Origin: Chiloscyllium plagiosum
Lineage: Eukaryota
Length of the DNA: 61,978 bases
NCBI RefSeq assembly: GCF_004010195.1
Contig: NW_025215354.1
Coordinates: 56,777-118,754 of the forward strand
Reading direction: 5' to 3'
Position numbers and translations under genes: made by a program. The notes beneath the pieces were generated by a model, which was not told the DNA's origin, did no database searches, and worked only from the letters and a program-made list of their open reading frames with translations. Of the stretch, positions 11,005 through 23,580 are shown one piece after another (the stretch's first letter is position 1; the number at the start of each line of letters is the position of its first letter).

Positions 11005-13230
11005 ACCTTTCGAATCAGCCTTCCATGTGACACCTTGTCAAAGGCCTCACTGAATTCCATATAAGCGACATCAACTGCACTGTCCTCATCAATATATCCA
11101 GCCACCTTTTCAAAAAACTCAACTAAGTCACACAGGATCTCACGCTAACAAATCTGTGCTAACTGTGAGAAACGAAGCTCAGTCACTTCAATAATTTCAG
11201 TCCGAGACAAGATCTGAAGCAATCAGTATGTTTATTATACACTTGCAAGCGTGGTGCCTGAAATAGACACGCAGAGTTTAACAAGTACATATCTTATATC
11301 GGATTCACTACTCCCAACCCGGTGCCCATTACTATTGTCTATCTCCTGCCTTATCCGGCCTTGTGCATAACAAAGTACAAGGTTAACTCGTCCGTTTCAC
11401 CACATCCTGCTGTGGCCCATTGTTAGGTATATCCTCCTTCACTGCTATCTATTTCCCTTACTTGTGATGTTTCCTCCCTTTCCCCAACCATATTGATCCT
11501 TATCACCTTTTAATTGGGGTTTGTTTTTGTGTTTTTGCAAAAGTGGGATAACAGATGCTTATAACTACTGCTTGTACAAGCATATCTGGCTAAACCTACA
11601 TCCTCACAGCACCTTATCTATTTGTCTGTAACATCTACCATTGTTTGCAGGCACGTTGCATTCTTGCATGCACATTTTCGCTAATACAAAAACAATTATA
11701 TATTTCCTTTACATAGTTCTCATTCTTGTTGACTCAGCTCTTGGTTGAGACAATTATACACTGGTGTGAGTGCCTTTACCTCGCATAAGTAATTATGATT
11801 GCAGAAGTAACACTACTTTACCTATATCCCACATAACTACCCCTCATCAATCAATGTCTTGATTGATCCTGTCCTCAGAAGTTTTATCCAATAATTTTCC
11901 GACCATGACGTCAAACTAACTGCTCTGTAATGACATGGCCTATCTCTGCTGCCCTTCTTGAATAAAAGAACCACATTCGCTATCCTCCACTTCACTTGTG
12001 GCTGACAAAGTATTAAATATATCCACCAGGGCCCCCATAATCTCCTCCCTTGCCTCCGATAGCAGCCTGGGATACATCTCATCAGGATTTGTCCCTGTTA
12101 AAACATCTAACACCACCTCTTTATTAATCTTTACATATTCCAGAACCTCACCAGCCCCACTGAAATTCTCCTCTGTGAATACCGATGGGAAATATTCATC
12201 GAAGACCTCACCCAAACTCAATGCTTGGATTTCCCCTAATACATCCCACCCTTTCCCGAGTAATCCTCTTATTCTTCGGATAATTATAAAAAGCCCTGGT
12301 GCTTTTCACAATCCCATCTGCCAAATATATTTCATGGCCCTCCTAATTTCCTCTTTAAGCAAACGCTTCAACTCTCTCCAGTTTTGAAGGGCCAGTCCTG
12401 TTTGTTGATGCACTGTATCTGACATCTTTCTCTTTCTCTTTAAGAACTTTTCCATATCCTGTGATATCCACGGTCCCTAGACCTGCTGCCAAACACACTG
12501 AAATCTCACTATCCTACTTTTAAAAGGCTCCCACTTGCCGATGTAGATTTACCTGCAAATAGCTGCTCCAAGTCTCGGCCAGATCCTGTCTAAAACTATT
12601 GAAATTGGCCTTCTGCCAATTTAGAAAGTTAACTTCTGCACTGTCCTTATCCCCTTCCCATAGTGGTTTTGAAAGTTATGGTCACCATTCCCAAAATGCA
12701 CACCCACTGAAACTTCAACCACTTGACTGTCTTCATTCCCTTGCATTCGGACGAGCACTGCTCCATCTCGAATGGGGCTATCTACGTACTGACACAAAAC
12801 TCTTTCCTGGGTGCACTTTAACAAATCCACACCGTCTCATCCTATGGCAATCCCAGCTAACTTTAGGAAAGTTGAAGTCCCCTACAACTATAACCCTGTT
12901 TCTCTCAGATCTTTCTATGATTAGTTTACAAATCTTCCTCGCACTGTTGGGAGGCCTGCAGTATAATCCTAGCAACGTACTTAACCCTTCTACAATGACC
13001 TCTTTCATTACTGCCATGATAGTTTCCTTTATCAAGAATGCAATGCCCCGACCTCTGTCGCTTCACTCCCTATCCAACTTAAAACTTGCATACCCTGGAA
13101 TGTTGAGCTGTCAATTCTGTCCTTCCTTCACAAACGTCTCCATGACAATATCATATTCTCACGTGCTCTAAGTTCATCCACCGACTCACTCAGGATTCTT
13201 GCATTAAAATTGGTACAGTTTAGCTTTCCC
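11005..13230 (-). mobile_element. Old CR1 LINE (APE to RT region), interrupted by a solo LTR
   Basis: GLYCRPPNS, VIVVGDFNFP, WRIANVVLLFKKG motifs on the minus strand; continues on both sides of 11164-11833. Confidence 0.8.
11164..11833 (-). mobile_element. Solo LTR (670 bp), 4-bp TSD
   Basis: TGTG...CACA termini, TSD taac at 11160-11163 and 11834-11837; minus-strand TATA-like box (~11294-11299) followed by AATAAA (11231-11236). Confidence 0.75.
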
Positions 13231-13562
13231 GACCTCCCATGAGTCTTATCCAGGCCATGGCTTCACCACCTTCTGGAATGTCCTGGCCTTCCTTCTGCAT
13301 CTGACTGGACCTTACCCCCACTCTGGGCCCCCTGCCTAATTAGTTGAAGATCTCCCTGACAACATGAGCAAATCTCCCAGCAAAGTTATTGGACCCATTG
13401 TGATTCAGGTACAACCCATCCAGTTTGAACAGGCCCTTCCTACATAGTCTAGAGACTAACCCAATGACTCAGAAAGAAAGCCTGCCTTACTGCGCCATCC
13501 CTTTGGCCATGAGTTCACAGCAACTGAAGAACATAAGGAGCAAGAGTAGGCCATCTGACCCT

Positions 13563-13872
13563 GGGCTGGCACGGTGGCTCAGTGGTTAGCACTGTTGCCA
13601 CCAAGCGCCAGGGACCCGGGGTCAATTCCTGCCCTGCGTGACTGTCTGCGCGGAGGTTTGCACATTCTCCCCGTGTCAGCGTGGGTTTCCTCCCACAGTC
13701 CAAAGATGTGCAGGTTAGGCGAATTGGCTGTGCCAAATTCCCCAAAGTGTTCGGTGCATTCGTCAGGGGGAAGTGTAGGGTAGGGGTCTGAGTGGGTTGC
13801 TCTTCAGAGGATTGGTGTGGACTTGTTGGGCTGAAGGGTCTGTTTCCATACTGTCGGGAATCTAATCTAATC
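13563..13872 (+). mobile_element. HE1-type SINE
   Basis: ggcacggtggctcagtggttagcactg head, V-domain, (aatct)n tail; inserted in a CR1 tail. Confidence 0.85.
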
Positions 13873-14685
13873 ATTCAGTAAGATCAGGCTGGTCATTTTA
13901 CCTGCACTCAGCTCAACTTACCTGCCTGCTCACCGCAATCTTTAATTCCTTCACTGACTAAAATCTATCTATCTTTACCTTCAAAACATTCATTTGACCT
14001 ATCTTCCTATACTTGGTAACACTTGGCACTTCAAGTTACCTGGAGATTGCAACCTGATTAGTCTTGTCTTTACACACTTCCTAACTCTCTCAACTCCCAT
14101 TGCAAAACATCATTTCTGTTTGATCCAACTCAATGATTTCCACTGTCGATTACTCCAAGTGTTTTACTTTGGAAAGTTTTGTTCAATTTTCTTTTTCTTT
14201 CCCTTGAGAGATTTCCACTCACCAACTCAAACTTTAACCCGAGGTCTTTGAAGCTGGGAGGGAAGACAGGGCAGCCTCTGTATCACATTGAAGCTGTTCA
14301 GAGCAGCAAGCATCAGCAGGGAAAGGAACCAGGAAGGCAAACAGGGACAGAGCAGGAGAGACGATGGAACTGCACAGAAAATCAATCACGGTTTCTACAC
14401 AGCCACACAGCTCCCCTCAAACCCTCCTCAGTCAGTTAGTCATTCAGAGCGAACACCTCAGATAGTTTCCAAGCCAACGTCAGTCACACTTAACAATATC
14501 CAATTGAGACCATCGAATTAAATCAAACAATTAAATCAGGTCAACGTAATCAGAGTTAAATAGTAGCTTTGAGTTTAAAACTTTGTCTTATCAAACTTCA
14601 GTATAACCCTATGAGCAAAGTGGTCCAATTCAGTACGCAATTTCCACCAAACCATATTCTCTCATCATCTATTCCTCCAGACACC

Positions 14686-15207
14686 AACTCACTGACCCCA
14701 ATCCCGACCCTCAGTCTCGCACTGACACCACTCCTGACCCTCATTTACTCATTGATCTCAATCCTGACCCTCACACTCTCACTGACCCCAATCCCGACCC
14801 TCACTCTCTCTCACTGACCCCAATTCGGACCCTCACTCTCTCACTGAACTCAATCCTGACCCTCAATCTCTCACTGACCCCAATCCCACCCTCACTATCT
14901 CACTGACACCAATCCAGACCCTCACTCCCTCACTGACCCCAATCCCGACCCTCACTCTCTCTGACCCCAATCCTGACCCTCACTCTCTCACTGACCCCAA
15001 TCTCGACCCTCACTCTCTCACTGACCCCAATCCCGACCCTCACTATCTCACTGACCCCAAGCCCGACCCTCAGTATCTCACTGACCCCAATCTCGACCCT
15101 CACTCTCTCACTGACCCCAATCCCGACCCTCACTATCTCACTGACCCCAATCCCGACCCTCAGTATCTCACTGACCCCAATCTCGACCCTCACTCTCTCA
15201 CTGACAC
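14686..15207. repeat. 30-bp minisatellite (~17 copies)
   Basis: Unit tcactgaccccaatcccgaccctcactctc; period 30 visible in lines 15001-15181. Confidence 0.92.
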
Positions 15208-15769
15208 CCTTCCCTCCTCATTTCCCATTAAAGCCTTCCTTTTCCTGTGGAGAGCCTTGCAGAAATTAGGGTCTCGGGCAGGGGAGGTATGGTGGAGTGA
15301 TTGTCATCGGAGTTAGTCAGGTGACCATAGGAGAGAAACACCGAAATGATAATGGAGTGTAACAGTAATCCAGAGATAAAGAGAGATGATGCTTCTCGTA
15401 TATTTCCAAACAATGTCCTCTCTGTGTTCTGGCCTGGGTTTGACTGTTTCGATTTCCTCAGCTCAGAGTTCCTGCTATTATAACAACACTTGTTTACACA
15501 CAATATGCAGCAGCTAAAATGTGGACATTGTTCCCTAATTACTGACTCCATTTCTCTCACTGGTAACAATCTCAGCTGCCTTTCTGCAACCTCAGTGTTA
15601 TATTTGGCGCTGAGACGATCTGCTTACCTCATATTCCCAGCATCATTAAATCACCCGTTTCCACCAAGAATCATGGAATTCTGACGGTCTGGATGGAGGG
15701 TCTTCAGTCCATTGAGTCGACCCCAACCCTCCAAACAGCATCCTACCCTGATCCACAACCCCACTACCC

Positions 15770-16725
15770 TATTTATGTACATGACTTGGATGTGAGCATA
15801 AGAGGTACAGTTCGTAAGTTTGCAGATGACACCAAAATGGAAGGTGTAGTGGACAGCGAAGAGGGTTACCTCAGATTACAATGGGATATTGTTCAGTTGC
15901 CCCAATGGGCTGAGGAGTGACAGATGGAGTTTAATTTAGATAAATGTGAGGTGCTGCATTTTAGAAATCGGAGTGGGATTTCAGGGTAAGATCCTGAGGA
16001 GTGTTGCTGAACAAAGAGACCTTGGAGTGCAGGTTCATAGCTCCTTGAAAGTAGAGTCGCAGGTAGATAGGATAGTGAAGACGGCGTTTGGTATGCTTTC
16101 CTTTATTGGTCAGTGCTTTGAGTATAGGTTTTGAGAGGTCATGTTGCGGCTGTACAGATTTGTGTAAGGGTGCAGAAAGTATGCTGAAGTTATACAAAAC
16201 TATAATTAGACCCCACCTGGAGAATTGAGAGCTGACCCAGGCACCACACTTTAGGAGGGAATTCAATGGAGGTTTGTGGGAATGATACCTGGACTTCCAG
16301 GGTTCGGTTATGAGGTGAGATTATACAAGAGATGCCTTTTTTCATTAGAAATTAGAAGGTTTAGCGATGTTCTGATCAAAGTCTTCAAGGTATTAACAGG
16401 CAAAGACAGGGTAGATAAAGACAAACTATTTCCACTGTTTAGGAGTTTTAGAACCAAGGGCATGGGCTGAGAATTAGGGCCAACCGTTCAGGAGAGATGT
16501 TAGAAAACATTTCGACAGACAAAGGGTGGTACTCTTGCACAAATGACAGTGGGTGCAGGATCAGTTGTTAGTTTTACATCTGAGGTAGATATGCTTTTGC
16601 GAAGCAAAGTTATGAAGGGATATGGCCAAAGGCAGGTACATGGGGTTAGGCCACAAATCAGCCGTGATCTCATTGAATGGGCGGAGCAGGTTTGAGGGGC
16701 TGAATGGTCTGCTCCTATTCCTATG
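15770..16725 (+). mobile_element. CR1 LINE fragments (RT C-terminus to 3' UTR, composite)
   Basis: KFADDTK, EQRDLGVQV, RPHLE-type motifs and CR1 tail. Confidence 0.8.
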
Positions 16726-17699
16726 TAAGATCATCCAAACATCCCACTGGCAGCAGATCCTATTCTGACTTACACTGGATCCCAGTAAAGGCATATCTTG
16801 ATTTTACCATTCTAACCATTGTCTTCAAATCTTTTCTATTCGTCTATCATTTCCCATTGAATCCCATCCTTTCAAAGTGTATTTAGACTGAGAAATATTT
16901 ATCAACTTGTCACAATGAAGATGGTCGTGGGTTAAGAGCACATGGAGCAAATGGCATTGATGCTTATTAGGGGAAGCTCGGTAGATTCACCTGAGGAGAA
17001 CGGAATACATGGAGGGAAGGCTGATGGTGAGGATATATCAGTTGGGCTGAATGGCCTACTTCTGTGCTGTACGTTCAGTGCAGTTCTGCAGAACTGCAAT
17101 AAATCATCCATTAATTAATATGCATGAGATCCCTGACAAGATCCTGCTCTTTATCTTCAATCTTGTTCTTTGTTCAGTTGACATGACCAAAAGTAAATTG
17201 CCCACGACTCCAATAGATTCTGCAATTGCACAAGATCATCATTAGTTATTTTAATAAGGTCTTCACAAGCAGAAAGTGACTGTAACTAAGGCTTACTGGT
17301 GAAATCTTGTCTCATCTCTGTTGATGAGGGAGGAGATGTCCTCTCCCCGATCACAGCGAGAGAGGTGAAATACAGAAACACAGAAAATAAATGCAGGCAT
17401 AGGCCATTCGGCCCTTCGAGCCTACACCACCATTCATTGCTGACCATGCAATCTCAGAATCCCACTCCGAGTTTCTCTCTATACCCCTTGATCCCTTTAG
17501 GTGCAAAGGTCATGTCCAGCTCCCTCTTGAATGTATCTGACAAACCTGCCGCAACAGCTTCCTGTGGGAGAGAATTTCACAGGTTCACAACTCTCTGAGT
17601 GAAGAAATTCTTCCCTGTCTTGGTCCTGAGTGGCTTACCCCTTATTCTTAGTTAAAAATCACACAACACAGGTTATAGTCCAACAGGTTTAATTGGAAG

Positions 17700-17734
17700 C
17701 ACTAGCTTTCAGAGTGACACTCCTTCGTCAGGTA
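17700..17734 (-). ncRNA. Minimal hammerhead ribozyme motif (antisense)
   Basis: UAC-CUGACGA-A-GGAGU guc ACUCU-GAA-AGCU-A-GUG; helix II shows a C-G to U-A compensated pair relative to the + copy. Confidence 0.7.
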
Positions 17735-17888
17735 GTTGTGGAATATACAATTGTAAGACAGAATTTATAGCCAAACCTTACAGTGTAATATAACAAACAA
17801 TTAAGGTATTTCTCAATGTATAATTTCAGTTACATCACACTGTAAACTTTTGTTATAAACTCAGTGTTACAATTGTGTTTTCCATAAC

Positions 17889-17923
17889 CACCTGATGAAG
17901 GAGCGTCGCTCCGAAAGCTAGTG
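17889..17923 (+). ncRNA. Minimal hammerhead ribozyme motif (sense to pre-mRNA)
   Basis: CAC-CUGAUGA-A-GGAGC guc GCUCC-GAA-AGCU-A-GUG; helix I CAC/GUG, helix II GGAGC/GCUCC, palindromic AGCU. Confidence 0.75.
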
Positions 17924-18714
17924 CTTCCAATTAAACCTGTTGGACTATAACCTGGTGTTGTGTGATTTTTAACTTTGTACACCCCAGTCCAACACCAGCA
18001 TCTCCAAGTCATGACTATCCTTATTCTCAGACTGTGACCCCTGGTTCTGGACTTTCCCAACACTGGGAATATTCCTCCTGGCATCTAGCCTGTCCAGTCC
18101 CATCAGGAGTTTATATGTTTCTGTGAGATTCCCTCATTCATCTAAATCCCAGCCAGTAAAAGCCCAGTCGATCCATTCTTTCCACATATGCCCGTCCGGC
18201 CATCCCGGGGATCAGTCTGGTGACCCGTCACTGGGCTCCCTCAGTAGCAATGTCCTTCCTCAGACTAGGAGGCCAAAACTGCACACAGTACACAGGGTGT
18301 GGCCTCACCAAGGCCCTGTATAACTGCAGCAAGACATCCTTCCTCCGATACTCAAATCCTCTCACTGTGAAGGCCAGCATGCCATTAGCTTTCCTCACTG
18401 CCTGCTGCACCGGCGTGCCAACCTTCAGTGACTGTCCCACCATGACACCCAGGTCTCACTGCACCTCACCTTCTCCTAAACTGCCAACATTCAGATCATA
18501 GTGGAAAACTTAAGATCCTGTCCAAAAGACAGGAAGCATCTTATTGATAACAAAATTGCAGATTCAAATTATTTTATCATGCTTTTTACTTTGGCATTAT
18601 CAGCAAATTTGGAAACACCTTCCCCCAGGCCTCGATCCACATCACTGATCTACCAATGGTCTTGGAACATAGCAACATGGGGAACAGTGACCAGACAGTG
18701 TCTTGTATCTATTC

Positions 18715-19950
18715 CGTGGGTCAGGGCTGATCAGGAGGTCATGCCTGACAAATTTGTTTGAATTATTTGAGGAAGTAACAAGCAGGTTAGACCAAGGAGA
18801 ACCAATGGATGTTATCTACCTGGACTTCAAGAAAGCCTTTGACAAGCTGCTGCACAGGAGGCTACTGAGTAAGATAAGGGCCCATGGTGTTCGAGGCAAG
18901 GTGCAAGCATGGATAAAAGCCTGGCTGTCGGGCAGAAAGCAGAGAGTGAGGATAAAAGGGCCCTTCTCAGGATGGCAGCCGGTGACAAGTGGTGTTCCAC
19001 AAGGCTCAGTGTTGGCACCACAACCTTTCACTTTACACATGAATGATCCAGATGGAGGAACTCAGGGCATTCTTGTGAAGTTTGTAGACATACAAAGATA
19101 GGTAGAGTGATAAGTAGCATTGAGGAGGCGGGGAGGCTGCAGAAGGATTTGGACAGGTTGGGAGAGTGGGCAAAGAAGTGGCAGGGGGAGTACAATGTGG
19201 GAAAGGGTGAGGTCATGCACTTTGGTAGGAAAAATAGAGACATGAACTATTTTCTAAATGAGGAGAAAATTCAGAAGTCCAGAATTCTCTCAAGGGAAAC
19301 TTGCAGTTAGGAAGGTAAATGCAATGATGGCATTTATTTTGAGAGGACTTGAATATAAAAGCAGGGATGTACTTCTGAGGCTCTATAAGGCTCTACTCAG
19401 ACCACATTTGGAATATTGTGCTCAGCTTTGGGCCCCATATCTCAGTCAGGGTGTGTTGGCCCTGGGGTGTGTTCAGAGGAGGTTCATGAGAATGGTCCAA
19501 GGAACGAAAAGCTTAAGATATGAGGAACGTTTGAGGACTCTGGGTTTATACTCGATGGATGAGGAGGGATCTAACTGAAACATACAGAACGAAGGGGGAT
19601 CTAATTGAATGACCTGGACAGAGTGGATGTTTGGGAGATGTTTCCCTTGGAAGGAGAGACTGGAACCCAAGGGCACAACCTTAGATTAAAGGGAACAGAG
19701 ATAAGGAGAAACCTCTTCAGCCAGAGAGTGGTGAATCTATGGAACTCACTGCCATAAAAGGCTGTGGAGGCCAGGTCACTGAGTGTATTTAAGTGATACA
19801 GATAGGTTCTTGATTGTCAAGGTGATCAAAAGATACAGGGAGAAAGCAGGAGAATGGGGTTGAGAAACATATCAGCCAGGATTGAATGGCGGAGCAGACC
19901 TGATGGGTTGAATGGCCTAATTTTTGCTCCTGTATCTTATGGTCTCATGG
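18715..19950 (+). mobile_element. CR1 LINE RT to 3' UTR
   Basis: DVIYLDFKKAFDK, SGVPQGSVL, LYKALLRPHLEYC motifs. Confidence 0.88.
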
Positions 19951-21011
19951 AAACATTGCTCACCCCAATTCCTCAGAGAAACCACTCTTAGCTCTTACTC
20001 TCCGATCTGACCCTAGCCAGTCAAATCCAAGTTACTATCCTCCCCCATTTTTCTCTTCCTCTTCCCATATCAACTCCCTCATCCCATTCCCTCATCTCAC
20101 GTTTTTCCCAAATCCAACTTAAAGACCTCAGTCCCACAGCCCTAATATCCCTGAGTGCACTGTCAAAATGCATTGGCAAAACTCGTGTCAAGAGGAATCA
20201 GAGGGCCATCTCACTACCGTTAGGAGTCACACCAGGCAGTTAGGCAGATGGTTGTGGTTGTTGGAGGGTCAGTCATCTCAGCTCCAGGAGTTCCTCAGGG
20301 TAGTGTCCTCGGCCCAACCATCTTCAGCTGCTTCATCAATGACCTTCCCTCCAGCAGAAGCTCAGACATGGGGATGTTCACTGATGGCTGCACAATGTTC
20401 AATGGTTAGCATGGACTGGTTGGACTGTAAGGTGTGTTTCTGTGCTGTATAACTCTATGACGATCTCCCACAAACTGCTCCAGGAGACTCTTGTGTATGG
20501 TACCTTGTCTGAAAGACCATGTACCACTTCAATCTCCCCCCGCCGCCCACATCTATCACTTCCTCCAGTTGACCCAAATTGTTTTTCTCATTATTTCTCT
20601 CGTTGTTTTTTCCTTGTTGCCTGGTAGTGGGGCAGATAATGATTTGCTGGAGGCTTGGTTGTTGCAAACTTGACCAGACGTACAGTAACAGGAGTAGGCC
20701 ATTCGGCCCTTCGAGACCAAAACTACACAAAATACACCAACTGTGATCTTACCAAGGCCCTGCACAACTGTAGCAATGCATCCCTGCTCCTGCATTCCAA
20801 TCCATCTGCTATGAAGACCAATGTGCCAGTTACCTTCCTCATCACCTCCTGCACCTGAAATGCTGACTTTCAGTGACTGAACATGGTCAATACTCATGAT
20901 GTCCAAGACTGGACGTGATGGGAAATGTCCAGAAAGTCATTGTGCCCCAAGACATGATCCCCTGTTGCATCTACATATTCATATTAATCTTTATTTACTC
21001 TGAGATGTGGA

Positions 21012-21400
21012 TAGAGTCATAGATTCATACAGCATGGAATCAGACCCTTCGGTCCAACCAGTCCATGCTGACCATAATCCCCAAACTAAACTTGTCCCAC
21101 CTGCCTGCACTTGGCCCATATCCCTCCAAACATTTCTTATTCATCGACTTATCGAAATGCCTTTTAAACATTGTAACTGTACTTGCATCCACCACTTCCT
21201 CTGGCAGTTCATTCCACACGTGAACCACTCTGTGTGAAAAAAGGTTGTCATTTTAAAATCTTTCTCCTCTCACCTTAAAAGTATACCTCCTAGTCTTAAA
21301 ATCCCCGACCCTGGGGAAAAGACCTTTGCTATACACTTTATTATCTATACCCCTCATGATTTTACAAACCTCTACAGGGTCACCCTGTGCTCCAGTGAAA
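21012..21400 (-). mobile_element. CR1/HER1 LINE 3' fragment
   Basis: VWNELPEEVVDA C-terminus and tail repeat. Confidence 0.8.
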
Positions 21401-21507
21401 AACAAATCTGAGCTTATGCTTCTGTTGCAACTGTGACAACATGAATGGGTCTCTTTGACCTCGTTGTTTCATTATTAATGGAAAGTTATTCTGTGTGTTG
21501 CTGGCAG

Positions 21508-21588
21508 GTGGCTTGGCGGCTGTGATCTACACGGACACGTTGCAGACCATCATCATGGTGGTGGGGTCCTTCATTCTGATGGGTTTCG
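21508..21588 (+). CDS. slc5a1: SGLT1 coding exon (exon 7 equivalent, 81 nt)
   Basis: ggcAG|GT GGC...TTC G|GTaagt; encodes [27 protein letters not shown], the SSS family signature containing the D204-equivalent; phase joins previous exon. Confidence 0.95.
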
Positions 21589-22329
21589 GTAAGTCAACTG
21601 CTTCACTGCCCGCGATGTTAATGCATTGCCTCATTCCCCAGCAGCTCCCAGCACCCAGTCTCCATAAAAGGAACCAGAGACAGACATTCCCGTATAGCTG
21701 ATAAAAAGGGGAGGTCAAATCTCAGGCCTTTGCTCCAAAGTCGTTTTGTACTGAGCGTCGAGGAATCGGTCAGGAATGTGGCTCTTTCCCCATAGGACAT
21801 GCTGCCTTTTTCTCTTCATGTTTCCAGGGGTAATGGGCAAGGCCAGCGCCTGTCACCCCTCCCTACTTGTCCTTGAACTGAATGGCTTGCTCGGGCACCT
21901 CACAGGGCAGAGAAGAGTTGACCATGTTGCTGTGGGCTTGGAGTCACATGTAGGCCGGGGCAGGTCAAGACAGCATGTCTCCCTCCTCAAAGGCCGCGAG
22001 TGATCCAGATGGGTTTTTACAATAATTGGACACAGTTATCCTGGTCACCATCTCTGAAGTTATTCCAGATGTACAAAGTGAATTTAAATTCCAATAGTTG
22101 CCATTGTCACTCGCTTTCCCCCAGTATTCAATCTGTTTGCTCATTCTAAAAATAATCCATACGTGGAAGCAATGGTGATGTCCATTCTGCGCACCAAATC
22201 AGACAGAATTACCAGCAGCAAGCAAGGGAGTTTTGACTTGCCTATTCTTTCAATCGTAAATGTCTCCAAGGTAAACATCTCTACCAACCGCTCCAAGTGG
22301 TTTGAATAAGACATTAAGCCAAGTCGATC

Positions 22330-23180
22330 TTGACTCAGGTGGACAGAAAAGAGACTACAACATTATTTTGAAGAGGAGGCAGAGTTTCTTCTGGTGTCCT
22401 GACTTAATTCCATCCATCAATTAACATTGCACAGACCTCTGAGCGGAGGAGTTGGGAGGACATGTTGAGGTTGCACAGGATGTTGATGAGGCAACATTTG
22501 GAATACTGTGAACAGTTCTCGTTGCCCTGCTATAGGAAAGATATTATTCAATTGGAGAGGGTTCACAAAAGATTTACAAGGATGTCACCGGGACTGGAGG
22601 GCTTGAGTTATAAGGAGAGACTGGGACATTTTCACTGTAGCGTATGAGGTTGAGGGGTGACCTTCTAGAGGTTTATAAAATAATGAGGGATATAGATAAG
22701 GTGAATAGCCAAGGTCCTCTCCCTAGGCTGGGGTACTTTAAGACCAGGGACATACTTTTAAAGTGAGAGGAGAAAGTTTTAAAAAGTACATGAGGGGCAA
22801 ATCTTTTACACAAAGGTAGTTCATGGGTGGAATGAAGTGGTGAATATGAGTACAGTTACAGTTTAAAAGGCATTTAGATAAGTAGATGAATAAGAAATGT
22901 TTGGAGGGATATGGGCCAAGTGCAGGCAGGCGGGATTAGTTTAGCTTGGGATTCTGGTCAGCACAGACTGGTTGGACCGAAGGGTCTGTTTCCGTGCTGT
23001 GTGAATCAATGACTCTTATCGAGACAACAAAGGTATCCAGTTAATAATTCATTGGTGTTTGTAGGACATCGCTCTGGGCAAATTGCCTGTTGTGTTTCCT
23101 GCGTGATACAGTGACAACGAAGTATTGTCTGTAAATTCTTTGGGATGTCTTGAGATTACACCAGGCCCTTTATAAATATA
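22330..23180 (+). mobile_element. Old DeuSINE (SacSINE1-like) fragment split by a CR1 insertion (22445-23015)
   Basis: Deu-like core (ctcaggtggac...attttgaagaggaggcagagtttcttctggtgtcctg) resumes after the CR1 with a ...ctttgggatgtcttgag...tttataaat tail; recognised from recalled consensus. Confidence 0.5.
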
Positions 23181-23580
23181 TTACAATCCCAGGCTATTGT
23201 TTTGTGGATGTGAGTTCGAATCCCACCATGGCCGATGTTATTGAATTCAATTTTTAATTGAATGAAAGTCTCCTCATTCAAGAAAATCACTGCTCCTATG
23301 TTGGCTCCAATTCCACTGCCATCATCTATGAGTGATCATTTCCATAACAATGGCTAGTTCTGGGTGGTTTAGGAAGTTGGGAGTGTTCTCTTGGCTTCCA
23401 TAAACCAGGGTCCGGGGCTGGAGCTGGGGGTTTCCATTAGCTGTGCTTGTCTGTCATTTAAGAGAGTTCGGGATGATAGTTTCCTAATACAGGCAACTGC
23501 CGATTTCTGGCAAGTTTCTGATAGTTTATTGAAACTTGTTAAGAAGCAACAGTTTAGATATGATACATTAGTTAGTTAAT

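Larger units (their letters stand above)
17652..18018. mobile_element. Palindromic Penelope-derived insertion carrying two hammerhead motifs
   Basis: Inverted arms spanning ~17651-17793 and ~17828-17973; 12-bp TSD ccttattct(t/c)ag at 17640-17651 and 18019-18030. Confidence 0.75.
17373..18500 (-). mobile_element. CR1 LINE 3' fragment, interrupted at 17652-18018
   Basis: KANGMLAF..LQLYRALVRPH.YCVQFW on the minus strand; sequence resumes across the insertion. Confidence 0.8.

Noticed and set aside
14930..15193. Repetitive RVGIGVSE ORF
   Set aside because: Translation of the 30-bp minisatellite.
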